DNA of 43,583 nucleotides from Bifidobacterium breve (GCA_945861925.1 CAMAWO010000003.1:1-43583); one strand, 5' to 3'; positions 1-8,357 are shown, counted from the first letter of the stretch. Notes: a model not told the origin generated them from the letters alone. Made by a program: numbers and translations.

Positions 1-111
1 ATACACATTTCGCAGGACTTGAAGCGACTCGATGACCTTCTGCGCGCCAACAAGATCCATCTCCGAAAGGCCTCGGTCGCGGACAGCCTTAAGTTCGGCA
101 TCGTCGGTCAT
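1..111 (-). CDS. 5' end of an unknown protein running off the window (MTDDAELKAVRDRGLSEMDLVGAQKVIESLQVLRKCV...)
   Basis: ATG at 111 on the minus strand with upstream GGGAAGG RBS; frame open to the window edge; divergent from the DUF3494 gene. Confidence 0.5.
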   Translation of the reverse strand, partial: MTDDAELKAVRDRGLSEMDLVGAQKVIESLQVLRNVY

Positions 112-134
112 TTGGGCCTTCCCTTTTGCGGTTG

Positions 135-150
135 CGCATCATTTGATGCG
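135..150. promoter_or_regulatory. Inverted repeat CGCATCA-tt-TGATGCG, candidate operator between divergent genes
   Basis: Perfect 7-bp palindrome in the divergent intergenic region. Confidence 0.35.
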
Positions 151-203
151 TCGGCCTATTGCTTGGACGCTACCGCATCCTCGAATTGGCAGGAGGTGAT
201 CAC

Positions 204-1949
204 ATGAAGGGATCCTGGGCGGGGCGTCCATGGCGAGTCGTCGCCCTCGTCACCGCATGCGCCGTCATGACCACGGGACTCGCAATGGCGGCGAGTGCCT
301 GGGCCGTCACGACGCCAACGATGTCGATGGGCGCCGCGAGCGGATACGCGATCATCGCTCGCACCAGCATCACCAACGTTGGGACCACAGCGCTGATAGG
401 CGCGACAGGGAAGAACAACGTCGCTTTGAGCGACGCGGGGACCGCCTCGTGGGCGGTACCGGGCGGCTCGATCACCGGACTGGAGTTGACGTCTCAGGCG
501 GATGCCGCTGCAGGGAACGCCCAGATCGCTGGATCCTCAGCCTCGAGTTACGCCGCGTCCCTTGCCCGCGACTACGGGCTCGGTGCTGTCCTCGACGCGC
601 TGACGCTCATTCCGGGTGTGTACGACGCCTCCGCGGCAGTGAACATGGCGGCCAGCCAGACACTGACCCTTGATGGACAGGGCAACTCGAATGCAGTCTT
701 CGTGCTTCGCATTCATGGCGCGCTCACACTGGGGGCGAATGATGGTGTGAACTTGGTGAATGGCGCCCAGCCCGCGAATGTCTTCTGGATCGTCGACGGC
801 GCGGTGACGATCGGCGCCCACACATCGATCGCGGGCGTCATGATCACCCCGGCCGCCATCACACTGGGCGCGAATGCGAGCGTGCGAGGGCAAGTAGTCA
901 GCACGAGCGGCGCGATCACGCTTGATTCGAACACCATCGCGAACATATCGAGCACTGTCGGGACGTCGACTCCCACGGCCACCTCGAGCGCCACCCCCTC
1001 CTCGAGCGCCAGCCCGAGCGTGAGTTCGACCGCGAGTCCGTCGGCTAGTGGTTCAGGGGCAGTCGTGGTCTGGCTCGACGATCGACTATCCGGTGACCTA
1101 AAAGTCGGGGTTCCCTATTCGGACGAACTCTCAGTGTCGAGTTCCCTCGCGCCCACGGTCGAGATCAACAGCGCCGTGTTCAGCGTATCGGCTGGCAGAT
1201 TGCCGACGGGCATGTCGCTGGAACCGTCAACGGGCGTCATCTCCGGCACTCCTGGCGCGACGGGAACGTTCCCGTTCACGATTGAGGCATCGATTGCGGG
1301 GCTACCCCGCTCCTCGCGGCACTACGTCCTCACGACGTCGGCTGGAGCGAGCCCCGCGACCGTGTGGATCGATCATTCGCTTGCGAGCGATGCCACCGTC
1401 GGCATCTCCTTTGGTGATCGACTCACTGCTGGGAGCGCTGATCAGCCGACTATTGAGCACCCGAATGTCAGCTACTTCGTCGATTTCGGTGCACTTCCCC
1501 CCGGCCTGACGCTCACCGACGGCATCCTGCACGGCACGCCCACAGCGCCGGGGGTTTACCTGTTCGGCATCGACGCCAAGGTTCCCGGCCACTCCGTGGC
1601 GACCGAGGCGTTCAACATGAGGGTGGCCGATAGGAACGGCCAGGTGGCTTCGGCTGCACCAGGGTCCGAGCGCATCACCACGTCGGACATTGCATCGGCC
1701 CGCGTCATCTACCGAATGCGACGGTCGGGCAAATGGGTCGTCGTGCCACGCTTCCTCAAGGCCTCCAAGTCGATCCCCGTGTACGCCCATTTCACCGTGG
1801 TCCGATCCCCAGTGGGTCGACAGTCCAAGAACATCCCTGCAGCGCGGGCGAAGGCCAAAGCCTTGGCCAATGCGAATCAGGGACGAACTGGACCGGTGAT
1901 CAAAGGCAAGTTGTGGCGCGGCCCGGCTCGCATCATCGTGAACTGGTGA
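204..1949 (+). CDS. Secreted ice-binding-like protein (DUF3494) with Ser/Thr/Pro linker, two putative Ig (He_PIG) domains and a basic C-terminus
   Basis: AGGAGGTGAT RBS before ATG 204; signal peptide; DUF3494-type motifs LTLIPGVY, LTLDGQGNSNAVFV, VNLVNGAQPANVFW, GAITLDSNTI; He_PIG-type motifs LPTGMSLEPSTGVISGTP and LPPGLTLTDGILHGTP. Confidence 0.85.
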   Translation: MKGSWAGRPWRVVALVTACAVMTTGLAMAASAWAVTTPTMSMGAASGYAIIARTSITNVGTTALIGATGKNNVALSDAGTASWAVPGGSITGLELTSQADAAAGNAQIAGSSASSYAASLARDYGLGAVLDALTLIPGVYDASAAVNMAASQTLTLDGQGNSNAVFVLRIHGALTLGANDGVNLVNGAQPANVFWIVDGAVTIGAHTSIAGVMITPAAITLGANASVRGQVVSTSGAITLDSNTIANISSTVGTSTPTATSSATPSSSASPSVSSTASPSASGSGAVVVWLDDRLSGDLKVGVPYSDELSVSSSLAPTVEINSAVFSVSAGRLPTGMSLEPSTGVISGTPGATGTFPFTIEASIAGLPRSSRHYVLTTSAGASPATVWIDHSLASDATVGISFGDRLTAGSADQPTIEHPNVSYFVDFGALPPGLTLTDGILHGTPTAPGVYLFGIDAKVPGHSVATEAFNMRVADRNGQVASAAPGSERITTSDIASARVIYRMRRSGKWVVVPRFLKASKSIPVYAHFTVVRSPVGRQSKNIPAARAKAKALANANQGRTGPVIKGKLWRGPARIIVNW

Positions 1950-2041
1950 TGGTTTCTCCTCCCCAACGACACCGACCTCGGGGCGCACTCCGTTCGACCC
2001 GATGCACATCGATGAGCACGAACTAGGTGAAGGAGATTCAC

Positions 2042-2386
2042 ATGCACCACAACTCACGTTTGGCCAGCATCACCGTTGCACTCGGGTTGGCGGTGACGGC
2101 GATGGCTGGTTGCTCCGTCAGTGGGAGCATTGGAGGAAATTCAGTCGACAAGGGAGAACTCGCGGTGCAAGCCGTGGCCGCTCTGGAAGCGCAGACGGGT
2201 ACGACCATGGACCCGTCCGAGTCGGTGACCTGCCTCGAGGATCTCAACACGGATGCCGGCAGCATCGCGATGTGTGAATACAAAACGGCAAGTGGAGGCG
2301 TCTTCGACGTGACGGTGACCTCCGACGGTATTGGGTCAGATGACAAGGTGGCCTTCTCTGTCGTGGTGAGCGACACGCCCCGATAG
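2042..2386 (+). CDS. Lipoprotein, DUF4333-like
   Basis: GAAGGAG RBS; lipobox MAGC; VTCxxDL...C pattern of actinobacterial DUF4333 lipoproteins. Confidence 0.7.
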   Translation: MHHNSRLASITVALGLAVTAMAGCSVSGSIGGNSVDKGELAVQAVAALEAQTGTTMDPSESVTCLEDLNTDAGSIAMCEYKTASGGVFDVTVTSDGIGSDDKVAFSVVVSDTPR

Positions 2387-2477
2387 GTCAGCATGGCGGC
2401 GGATCGACGGCGGCGGAGATCGGCTTTACGTCGTTTCAATGCCGCGCTGACGAGGCTGAAGCACGCATACTCAGTGG

Positions 2478-3287
2478 GTGCATCGACTCCTCCAGCGACT
2501 GCGCGCCGCGCCCCGGCGTCTCGTGGTCGTCGTCCTCGTCGCGAGTGTAGGGATCGTTGGGATTCCGGTGGCAGCCACGGGTACCTCGTTACTGGTCCGC
2601 CTCGCGAGCACGGGTGCGCAGGCAGCCTCCTACACGCCAATGGCTGAGCTCGCCAAGCGCCGCGACCCTCGGTGGCCAAACCGCATCGGCTGGCAGGGCT
2701 GCCCGGCCCCGATCTGGCCCTCGAACGTGGCCGAGGGCGCGCCGGGCAACGGCAGGAGGGTCCTCGTCGTGGGGGATTCCCTCGTTCGCGAGTCGAGGAC
2801 CCGCCTCATGACCCTGCTTCGCGACAGTGGCTGGGCGCCCACTGTTCGATGCTGGGGTGGTAGGCGGCTGGACTGGGTAAGCGACCAGATCAGCCGTGCC
2901 AAGAAGATCGATCAGCTCCCGAGCACCGTCATCGTGGTGGTCGGAACGAATGACATGCGCTGGGTCTCCAGGCCGGTCACGAAGGCGCGGATGCGATCAC
3001 TCGTCGAGCAGATTGGTTCGGACCGCGAGATCCTTTGGGTCAATACCTATGCATCCGGCGCAGACCGGTTCACTCGGCCGAAGGAGCGTTGGTTCAATCG
3101 TCAGCTGCGAAGGTTGGCGCGACAGCATGACAACGTCACGATTGTCGATTGGTCGTCTCAGGCACGGACACGCGGTGTTCGATTTGCAGATGGCCTTCAC
3201 TATCGCCCAAAGGGTCGACGGTTGTTGGCGGAGGTCATCGCAGATGACCTTGACCGAATCCAGAGCACGAGCGACGGCCGAGGTTAA
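2478..3287 (+). CDS. Membrane-anchored SGNH/GDSL-type hydrolase
   Basis: VGDS, GTND and DGLH blocks; N-terminal hydrophobic segment. Confidence 0.8.
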   Translation: MHRLLQRLRAAPRRLVVVVLVASVGIVGIPVAATGTSLLVRLASTGAQAASYTPMAELAKRRDPRWPNRIGWQGCPAPIWPSNVAEGAPGNGRRVLVVGDSLVRESRTRLMTLLRDSGWAPTVRCWGGRRLDWVSDQISRAKKIDQLPSTVIVVVGTNDMRWVSRPVTKARMRSLVEQIGSDREILWVNTYASGADRFTRPKERWFNRQLRRLARQHDNVTIVDWSSQARTRGVRFADGLHYRPKGRRLLAEVIADDLDRIQSTSDGRG

Positions 3288-3299
3288 GCCCCCGGTCAG
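3171..3299 (+). repeat. Direct repeat copy 1 (SGNH 3' end plus tRNA acceptor-end remnant AGCCCCCGGTCAG)
   Basis: Matches 3979-4053 apart from an internal deletion in copy 2. Confidence 0.85.
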
Positions 3300-3455
3300 A
3301 TTTGTCGATGGGGCCCGAAGCACGTGGCGAATTGAGCCGTCATGAGTGCTGGGTGTGTCGGGTCGAACTGGGTTGCCAATGAGTGTGAGGGGAGTGCCCT
3401 CTTGCCCTGTGGGGGTCCTGCCCGTAGAGTGAAGAGGGACGAAAGGACGCGACCC

Positions 3456-3686
3456 ATGACCTCAGCTCGCCTTGTGACAGCAGATCAGCGCGGCCGCATG
3501 ACCGTCGGTCTTGCAGAAAGGTCTTACCTCGTTCACGAGGAACCTGACGGCACGGTCGTTCTCGAGCCTGCGGTCGTCATCACAGCACTTGAGCGCAGGT
3601 TCCTCGAGAACGCCGCACTTCAGGCAAGTATCGAGCACGCCCGCCAGCATCCTGAGGGACGCGTGAGCCGCCGGCCTCGCCCGTGA
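3456..3686 (+). CDS. Putative antitoxin, AbrB/MazE-like
   Basis: GAAAGG RBS; VTADQRGRMTV pattern; GTGA overlap with the downstream toxin-like ORF. Confidence 0.6.
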   Translation: MTSARLVTADQRGRMTVGLAERSYLVHEEPDGTVVLEPAVVITALERRFLENAALQASIEHARQHPEGRVSRRPRP

Positions 3687-3943
3687 AGGTAGAGCTCGAT
3701 CCTGCTGCCGCAGCACAGTTGGACGCGCTCTATGGCCGTGACCCGAACGGTGGAGCTCGAATCGATGAATGCCTCGACTAGATCGAAGTGGAACCTATGG
3801 ACCCCCGCGCGTATCGGCGCATGTTCAGTGGTGGTGTCCGCGCGATCACACGAGACGTCAACGGCGAACCGTGGATCGTCCTGTGGGAACCAGATGGAGA
3901 CGTAGCTGTCATCCGCGCTGTCATGCCCGCCGATCAGCTGTGA
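3683..3943 (+). pseudogene. RelE/ParE-like toxin with in-frame TAG at 3779-3781
   Basis: Reads MKVELDPAAAAQLDALYGRDPNGGARIDECLD*IEVEPMDPRAYRRMFSGGVRAITRDVNGEPWIVLWEPDGDVAVIRAV...; size and pattern resemble RelE/ParE; translationally coupled to the antitoxin. Confidence 0.6.
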
Positions 3944-3978
3944 CCGCTCAGCCCTGCAAGCACCCGCCCAAGCGTACT

Positions 3979-4053
3979 CGCGGTGTTCGATTCGCAGATG
4001 ATCTCAACCGAGCTCAGAACACGAGCGACGGCCGAGGTTGAGCCCCCGGTCAG
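3979..4053 (+). repeat. Direct repeat copy 2: deleted, diverged copy of the SGNH 3' end fused to the tRNA-Thr fragment
   Basis: CGCGGTGTTCGATT..GCAGATG joined directly to ..CACGAGCGACGGCCGAGGTT-AGCCCCCGGTCAG. Confidence 0.85.
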
Positions 4054-4087
4054 GATTGAACTGACGACCTACCGCCAACAAGGCGGA
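4038..4087 (-). pseudogene. 3' half of a tRNA-Thr (att-like remnant)
   Basis: Minus strand reads TCCGC-CTTGTTG-GCGGT-AGGTC-GTCAG-TTCAATC-CTGAC-CGGGGGC-T: anticodon arm, T-arm and acceptor strand, with no D-arm or 5' strand. Confidence 0.85.
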
Positions 4088-4102
4088 TGACAACCGATGT
4101 TG

Positions 4103-4178
4103 AGTTAGGAAATCTGTGAAGGGTAACTCACTTTCTAGGCATGTTTCCTAACGAATATTGCCCAACTATTTCCTAACT
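4103..4178. promoter_or_regulatory. AT-rich att/promoter region with repeated GTTAGGAAA motif (candidate integrase arm sites)
   Basis: AGTTAGGAAAT 4103-4113, TTTCCTAAC 4144-4152, ATTTCCTAACT 4168-4178; GAGTTAGG again at 5641-5648. Confidence 0.5.
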
Positions 4179-4204
4179 ATCACCAGACCTCGTATGGTGA
4201 CCGG

Positions 4205-5641
4205 ATGAGGGGACTGCCTGGCGGTGCGGAACCAACGCCCTACAGGCACGCTGATGGCACGCAGCGGACCGATGCGAAGGGTGTGCCGGGATGGCGGCTG
4301 AGGTGGACTCCGATGGGCGGTGGCAGCCAGCGGTCACGGACGTTTTACGGCACTGAAGTCGCCGCTGCTCAGGAACTTTCACGCCTGACAGCAAAACGTG
4401 CCGTTGTTGCGGTGAGTCGGCGCAGGGTGACGCTCTATGACTACTTGGGTGCCTGGCAGGAGGAATACCGCCAGCGGTGTGAGCGCATGACGATGGCACG
4501 GTCGTCGTGGAAGGAGCACGAGTCAAACGTCCGACTGTATCTGCGCCCCGCATTGGAGGATTCTGAGTGGAAGGACAGGCGGCTCGGTTCCTTCGAGGCG
4601 GATGAACTCGTTGATCTCGCGAATGGCTTCAGGCTGGCAGGTGGTGGGGAACCCTCCAATTCGATGCGCCGGTCTGTGCGAAAGACCCTCGTCATGTCGT
4701 TAGGCCAGGCCGTTGAGGACGGCATCATCTCTACGAATCCGTTGAACGGCATGGCTGACTGGTCTATCGGTCAGCCGACGGTGTTCGTTCCAGACCTCGT
4801 CCAATTGCACAAGGTGGCAGCAATCATGGGGTCGATGCCCTCGCTGGTGACTGCGACAGAGTCGGTGCAGGCGAAGAAGGCTCGATTGAAGGCCAGACGT
4901 GAAGGCGAGCCGGCGAGGATGGTGTCTCGCGTACGTGAGGGTGCGGCGCGTCCGTGGCTGGAATGGATGCTGCTTGTAACGGGTTGGACGGGGCTGCGGA
5001 TCGGCGAACTTCTCGGCTTGCGGCTGGAAGATGTGGATTCAAACAACCGATTCTTGCGGGTGCGACAGTCGGCGACGGTGAGCGGCGGGCGTTACCGGGA
5101 AGGTGACACGAAGTCGAAGGCAGGTGTGAGGATCGTGCCGATCCTCCCCGACGCCGAATCTGCGATTAGCGCGTTGGAGGACAGGGCGTATGCGATGCCA
5201 TCGAAGCCGACGCACCTGTTCGCAGGCGGGGGGAGGCGTGCATCTCGGCTTGCCGCCGATGGAAGCCGCAAGACGGTGAGCCGGCCGGCCGCCATCGGCT
5301 ACTCGGAGATATCTCGGGAACTGCGAGAGGCATGCCGCATCGCAGTTGAGCAGGGCGTTATCCCCGAGCCATTCACCCTGCATGCTCTTCGCCACACGTT
5401 CTGCTCAGCCTTGTTGTCGGCAGGTGTCTCCGAGGAAAAGGTGTCGGTATGGGCTGGTCATTCAAGTCCGATAGTGACCCGGAATGTTTACGCGGTTGCG
5501 ATGCCCGGCAACATGGAAACGGTCGCGGCGGAGGTGGGAGCGCAGGTGGCTGACTACTTCGGACGTCAGCGAACGCCGTACGGAGTTCGAGTCGCCAAAC
5601 TGGAAGAGATGCGCAAGCGTGGACCCGAGGGCGTCAAGTAG
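4205..5641 (+). CDS. Tyrosine recombinase/integrase, phage/ICE type with N-terminal arm-binding region
   Basis: TGLRIGELLGL (box I R), TKSKAGVR (K), HALRH, WAGHS..VTRNVY (catalytic Y). Confidence 0.95.
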   Translation: MRGLPGGAEPTPYRHADGTQRTDAKGVPGWRLRWTPMGGGSQRSRTFYGTEVAAAQELSRLTAKRAVVAVSRRRVTLYDYLGAWQEEYRQRCERMTMARSSWKEHESNVRLYLRPALEDSEWKDRRLGSFEADELVDLANGFRLAGGGEPSNSMRRSVRKTLVMSLGQAVEDGIISTNPLNGMADWSIGQPTVFVPDLVQLHKVAAIMGSMPSLVTATESVQAKKARLKARREGEPARMVSRVREGAARPWLEWMLLVTGWTGLRIGELLGLRLEDVDSNNRFLRVRQSATVSGGRYREGDTKSKAGVRIVPILPDAESAISALEDRAYAMPSKPTHLFAGGGRRASRLAADGSRKTVSRPAAIGYSEISRELREACRIAVEQGVIPEPFTLHALRHTFCSALLSAGVSEEKVSVWAGHSSPIVTRNVYAVAMPGNMETVAAEVGAQVADYFGRQRTPYGVRVAKLEEMRKRGPEGVK

Positions 5642-5655
5642 AGTTAGGCATCACC

Positions 5656-5732
5656 GCCCCTGTAACTCAGTTGGCCAGAGTGCCGCACTTGTAATGCGGG
5701 AGTCGACGGTTCGAATCCGTCCGGGGGCTCCA
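5656..5732 (+). tRNA. tRNA-Thr(TGT) with encoded CCA
   Basis: GCCCCTG/CGGGGGC acceptor; ACTC/GAGT D-stem; CCGCA-CTTGTAA-TGCGG anticodon arm; GACGG-TTCGAAT-CCGTC T-arm. Confidence 0.95.
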
Positions 5733-5909
5733 ATTCAAGAAAGGCGATTGCGGTCTCACTCGAGCAATCCCATGAAGCGGTCTCACCGGTAGGCGCGTAA
5801 GTGGCGGACGAATCCGAGTCCTCGGCTCCGAGCAGCCTTCCGTTCGCGTTCAGGGTGGCGAGGGTCGGGCGACGATTTTGGCTCGGCTGTCCGGTGTCCG
5901 TCGACTGAT

Positions 5910-6491
5910 TCACGCGGCTACTTCGGCGAGGTAGCGGTTGAGGGTGCGGCCGCTCACACCGACTCGTGCCGCCGCTGCGGGCACGGACATCCCCTCAGTC
6001 TCGATATAGGCACGGGCTCGGGCCACCATCGTGGAAGTAAGGACGCGGGCGCGCCCCCCGATTGCTGACTTGCCCTTCGCCTTCTTCGCCTCGGCAACCC
6101 GATTCATCATCAAGGTGCGTTCATAACTCGCCGCTGCAGAAAGCACGGCTATGACCAGCATTGACGAGGCAGAACCATCGAGGGTGACCCCGGCCTCCGT
6201 GAGCGACCTGAATCGGACGCCACTCTCCTGAAGGCGGGTGAGTGTGGAAATGACATCGGGGAGGCTCCGGCCCCAGCGGTCGAGGCGAACGACGACGACC
6301 TCGATGTGCTCACCCGCTGCGGCGGCGGTGATGGCCTCCTCGACGAGGGACACGAACACGGCGCGGTCGGATTTCGCCCCCGACCCGATCTCGACGCGGA
6401 TGTCGATAATGCCTTCGGCGGTCAGGAGTGCGTGCTGTGTCGCGAGGTCTTGTGACCCGCTGCTGACTCGTGCATAGGCGATTCGACGCAT
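5910..6491 (-). CDS. Serine recombinase (resolvase/invertase family) with C-terminal HTH
   Basis: YARVSS, RLDRWGRS, YER, C-terminal VGVSGRTLNRYL. Confidence 0.93.
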   Translation of the reverse strand: MRRIAYARVSSGSQDLATQHALLTAEGIIDIRVEIGSGAKSDRAVFVSLVEEAITAAAAGEHIEVVVVRLDRWGRSLPDVISTLTRLQESGVRFRSLTEAGVTLDGSASSMLVIAVLSAAASYERTLMMNRVAEAKKAKGKSAIGGRARVLTSTMVARARAYIETEGMSVPAAAARVGVSGRTLNRYLAEVAA

Positions 6492-6553
6492 TTCTGGGTT
6501 CCCCGTTTCGTCTCGTGTTTCGTCCCTCTGGAAACAGTGTCGTTCAGGGGTCT

Positions 6554-6575
6554 GACATAACTCGTGAGTTACGTC
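6554..6575. promoter_or_regulatory. Palindrome upstream of the resolvase, candidate res subsite
   Basis: GACATAACTC-GT-GAGTTACGTC (9/10 match, 2-bp spacer). Confidence 0.5.
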
Positions 6576-6914
6576 CTCGGTGTTCGACAGAGGTGTGCCG
6601 TGTGACAGCCCTGGAGGCGATGCACGTGGGCGGGCACCTGATGACTTTGTGGTGGTGGGTGTCGCGTCCTGCGGCGGCCGATCTGCACGCAGTCGCCATG
6701 CCGTTTCTCAAGCGGAGGCGTATTGTCGGGGTCCTTGCTGCCGTGGCTGTGCCGCCTCTGTCTCCCCCGTCAGTGGCTGGACTCCCGGCAGCGACATTGT
6801 TTGTGCCGGCTTTCTCCTGCGTAGCGTTCATTGCTGGCATTCGGACTGAACAGCGGACACTGGCCGGTAGGTTCGCACGAGGACCGTCAATGGCCGAGGA
6901 GTACGGGGGAGCGC

Positions 6915-7301
6915 ATGAGTAAGAAGGCTTTTGGCGGTATGACACTGAAGTTGGCGGGTGTCCTGGCAGTGACGGGGATGCTGCTTGCGGGATGCGCGAC
7001 CGGCAGCACTGAGGGCGATGTGCAGGCTCCAGTTCCGGCTGCGGACACGAACGCCGGCACCACGACGACTGGCACCGGCGGACAACTGATTCAGATTCAG
7101 TCTGACAATGTTGCTGCTGCGGGCTACGACGCTGCGTCCCGCACGATGCTCGTCGAGTTCGATGACGGGTCGTTGTATGAGTACGCGCCGGTGCCGGTAT
7201 CAGTTTGGATGGATTTCGTTGCGGCGCAGCCGCATCCGTGGAGCCGAGTTGGCAATCCGGTTCTGGTCCAGGGCGGGGTCCCGTATCGGAAAGTCCGCTG
7301 A
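6915..7301 (+). CDS. Lipoprotein with C-terminal KTSC domain
   Basis: Lipobox LAGC; IQSDNVAAAGYDAASRTMLVEFDDGSLYEYAPVP matches the KTSC pattern. Confidence 0.8.
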   Translation: MSKKAFGGMTLKLAGVLAVTGMLLAGCATGSTEGDVQAPVPAADTNAGTTTTGTGGQLIQIQSDNVAAAGYDAASRTMLVEFDDGSLYEYAPVPVSVWMDFVAAQPHPWSRVGNPVLVQGGVPYRKVR

Positions 7302-7440
7302 CTTTGTGTTCCGGGGGTGGTTAGGCACTCTTCTGGGTGCCTCTTTTTGGTCGGCGGGGGAGCGCGGGGTGCGCTCGTTGACTTTCCCTTCTCAGCCTGT
7401 CGAGTGTCTGCTTCCTGAAATGCGCCCCTCCTGAAGTCCA

Positions 7441-7686
7441 CTGGGCGTGCTCTGGGCGACTGAGCGTGCTCCCTTGTTGGCAGCGAGTCCTTGCTGGCTG
7501 CTCATTTCATTGAAGTCGTCGTGCGCACTTCAGCGAACGAGGCCGGCCTAGAGACGGCTTTCGGTCGTAGTCCGACCATTGGTAGTAGGGGAGTTTCCTT
7601 CGTCATCTGAGGACACTCGGGCGCACTCGTTGACCGGGTTCCGGGCCCGCATGTCCCCCATGTAGGCGAGCATGCGGGCACGCCAG
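7441..7686. repeat. Structured non-coding repeat, copy A (~245 nt)
   Basis: Colinear with 8766-9011; ends are complementary (GGCGTGC/GCACGCC). Confidence 0.85.
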
Positions 7687-7691
7687 ATGCC

Positions 7692-8357
7692 TCATGCGGC
7701 GGCCGACCGCCGCGCTGCAGTCGTAGGACCACTCATGGCGTACAGAAAGTTCATGCTTACTCCGGATGGGGACGAAGGCATGACTGTCTCCCTCGGCGCG
7801 GTCGGCGGCTGCGCGGACGTCGTCGGATTCGATGTCGCCGCCGCACTGTCCTGCTTGCCGTTCGACAGCATCACTGCGGTCATCCCCTCCTCGCCCGGAG
7901 TGAGCATGATCGTTCCGGTTGCACCCACCCCGTACACGACGCCTTTGGGATTCATGACCATCAGGACTCGCGTCGGAGCCGTCCAGTTGGACTCGGTGAA
8001 CTTTCCTTCTTTAGCCGCTTTGCACTCGGTCGCTTGCACCGCGCAGTCCACCCACTGCTCCCACGCAACCGCAGCCGACCCCAACACCTTGCGAACGGTC
8101 AGCAGATGCTGCCAACTGACCGGTTGGCCGTCCTGGAATCCCGTCAACGACGTCCACCACGTACCTTTCATATCCGTCATCGAATCAATCGGCCCGGACG
8201 TCGGTGCGGCCACCGCTGACCCCGCCCCACCGACCGACAACGACACCGCGAACAGCGCCGCACCGACGACCGCCACCCCTCGACGTGCGGACCTACTCAC
8301 GTTCAAGCCTGTTCCCATAGCCGTACTCCGCTCCGTAACGATGAGGATCCGACTCAT
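7692..8357 (-). CDS. Secreted hypothetical protein (start may be ATG 8318)
   Basis: Signal peptide ending AVAA; Trp-rich body, one Cys pair; no family recognised. Confidence 0.65.
   Translation of the reverse strand: MSRILIVTERSTAMGTGLNVSRSARRGVAVVGAALFAVSLSVGGAGSAVAAPTSGPIDSMTDMKGTWWTSLTGFQDGQPVSWQHLLTVRKVLGSAAVAWEQWVDCAVQATECKAAKEGKFTESNWTAPTRVLMVMNPKGVVYGVGATGTIMLTPGEEGMTAVMLSNGKQDSAAATSNPTTSAQPPTAPRETVMPSSPSGVSMNFLYAMSGPTTAARRSAAA

Noticed and set aside
6544-6922. Overlapping ORFs between the resolvase and the KTSC gene
   Set aside because: No motifs or convincing RBS; faint similarity to repeat blocks (GTCCTTGCTG, GTTCATTG) is too weak to call.
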